The notes under the pieces: model-generated
What the model was told of the DNA's origin: nothing
The model's input: the letters and a program-made list of their open reading frames with translations, nothing else
Databases searched by the model: none
Part shown: positions 63,283-64,000 of the stretch, piece after piece
Layout of the letters: every line of letters begins with the position of its first letter
Numbering within the stretch: position 1 is the first letter of the stretch
Made by a program: the position numbers and the translations under genes
DNA from: Oopsacas minuta
Lineage: Eukaryota; Animalia; Porifera
DNA: 64,000 nt
NCBI GenBank assembly: GCA_024704765.1
Contig: JAKMXF010000155.1
Span: forward strand, 248,001 to 312,000
Reading direction: 5' to 3'

Positions 63283-64000
63283 GGGAGCCGCACATTTGCG
63301 TACATCACACTTGCGTATAATGTGTATGTTCAAAGTTGCGTACATCACAGTTGTGTACAATGTAATGTATATTTGACAAGTTAATTAAAGGTTTCACAGG
63401 TAAATAAACTCTAATTACAAAATTATTTCGAGATCTATAAAATGCATTGGATGAGCTGGATATTTTATCACCAAGTATCTAATGTCTGCCAATAGCGATA
63501 CTTCATTCCAAATAGTCAAATCTTCAAAGGGGACTAACAAATTATCCCACGACGGATATTTTATATTTTCCATCGGGGAGCTATCAAAAAGGAGTGGCGG
63601 TGTGTCGTGCGAGGATGTAAAGCTAGAATACACTCCGTTGACGAGACAATCATCAAAAAGTCTGGGGAACATTCTCACCCACAGGAATACGGTAAAGATG
63701 AGGTAACAGTCATGAAAGATTTATTGAGGAAGCGAAGGAGAAAAACTAATGACAATCCACACGTTGCGATAGGAGAGATGACCAGTTTATTGTCTGAGTC
63801 TGCGAAGTCTCTGCTTCCAAATCAACACGTCCTGAAAATGATGTATAAAAGGCAACGTGTTGCTCCACCTAATCCAGTATCTTTTGAAGAACTTCAGTTA
63901 GACGCTGAAAACATCAAAATATTTTCTAACAGGAATTTTCTATTCTACGACTCTGGCATTGGCCCCGATAGGATAGTGATATTTGCAACTAAAGGGAACA
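63283..64000 (+). mobile_element. Second MULE (FLYWCH plus MULE transposase), runs off the right edge of the window
   Basis: Terminus GGGAGCC with TTGCGTACATCAC subterminal repeats. ATG at 63482 (KSSKGTNKLSHDGY), a frameshift near 63570, then WRCVVRGCKARIH..EHSHP..LP..PDRIVIFAT. Confidence 0.82.

Overview
AT-rich eukaryotic (metazoan-type) genomic DNA made up mostly of nested, largely decayed cut-and-paste DNA transposons. I recognise about 25 insertions: Transib/RAG1-like x2, Chapaev and Chapaev3 (CMC), P-element/THAP9-like, hAT (Ac/Hermes, Buster/ZBED5, Tip100/KIAA1586-like, ZMYM1-like and MITEs), Tc1/mariner (DD34D, DD34E, DD37D, DD37E), pogo/Tigger, Merlin and MULE x2. The only possible retroelement is a weak solo-LTR candidate. 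The only host gene I recognise is ATP-dependent 6-phosphofructokinase, with two coding exons (23044-23472, 27021-27299); I found no further exons in the remaining 36.7 kb. The most striking feature is a pair of divergent RAG1-core-like transposons. One (31723-35763) keeps both CAC-heptamer ends, a near-perfect 5-bp TSD, an RSS-like heptamer/nonamer end and a nonamer-binding-domain-like segment. Also notable: a ~600-bp inverted repeat bracketing a Merlin transposase just upstream of PFK, a triple hAT-in-hAT nest, an intron-containing PHD/FLYWCH MULE whose small intron holds two Tc1/mariner elements and a perfect hairpin, and one intact mariner. All family calls come from manual translation and motif recall; no database searches were run. 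The species cannot be determined from the sequence. The TE repertoire reminds me of a non-bilaterian such as a sponge, but that is inference only.
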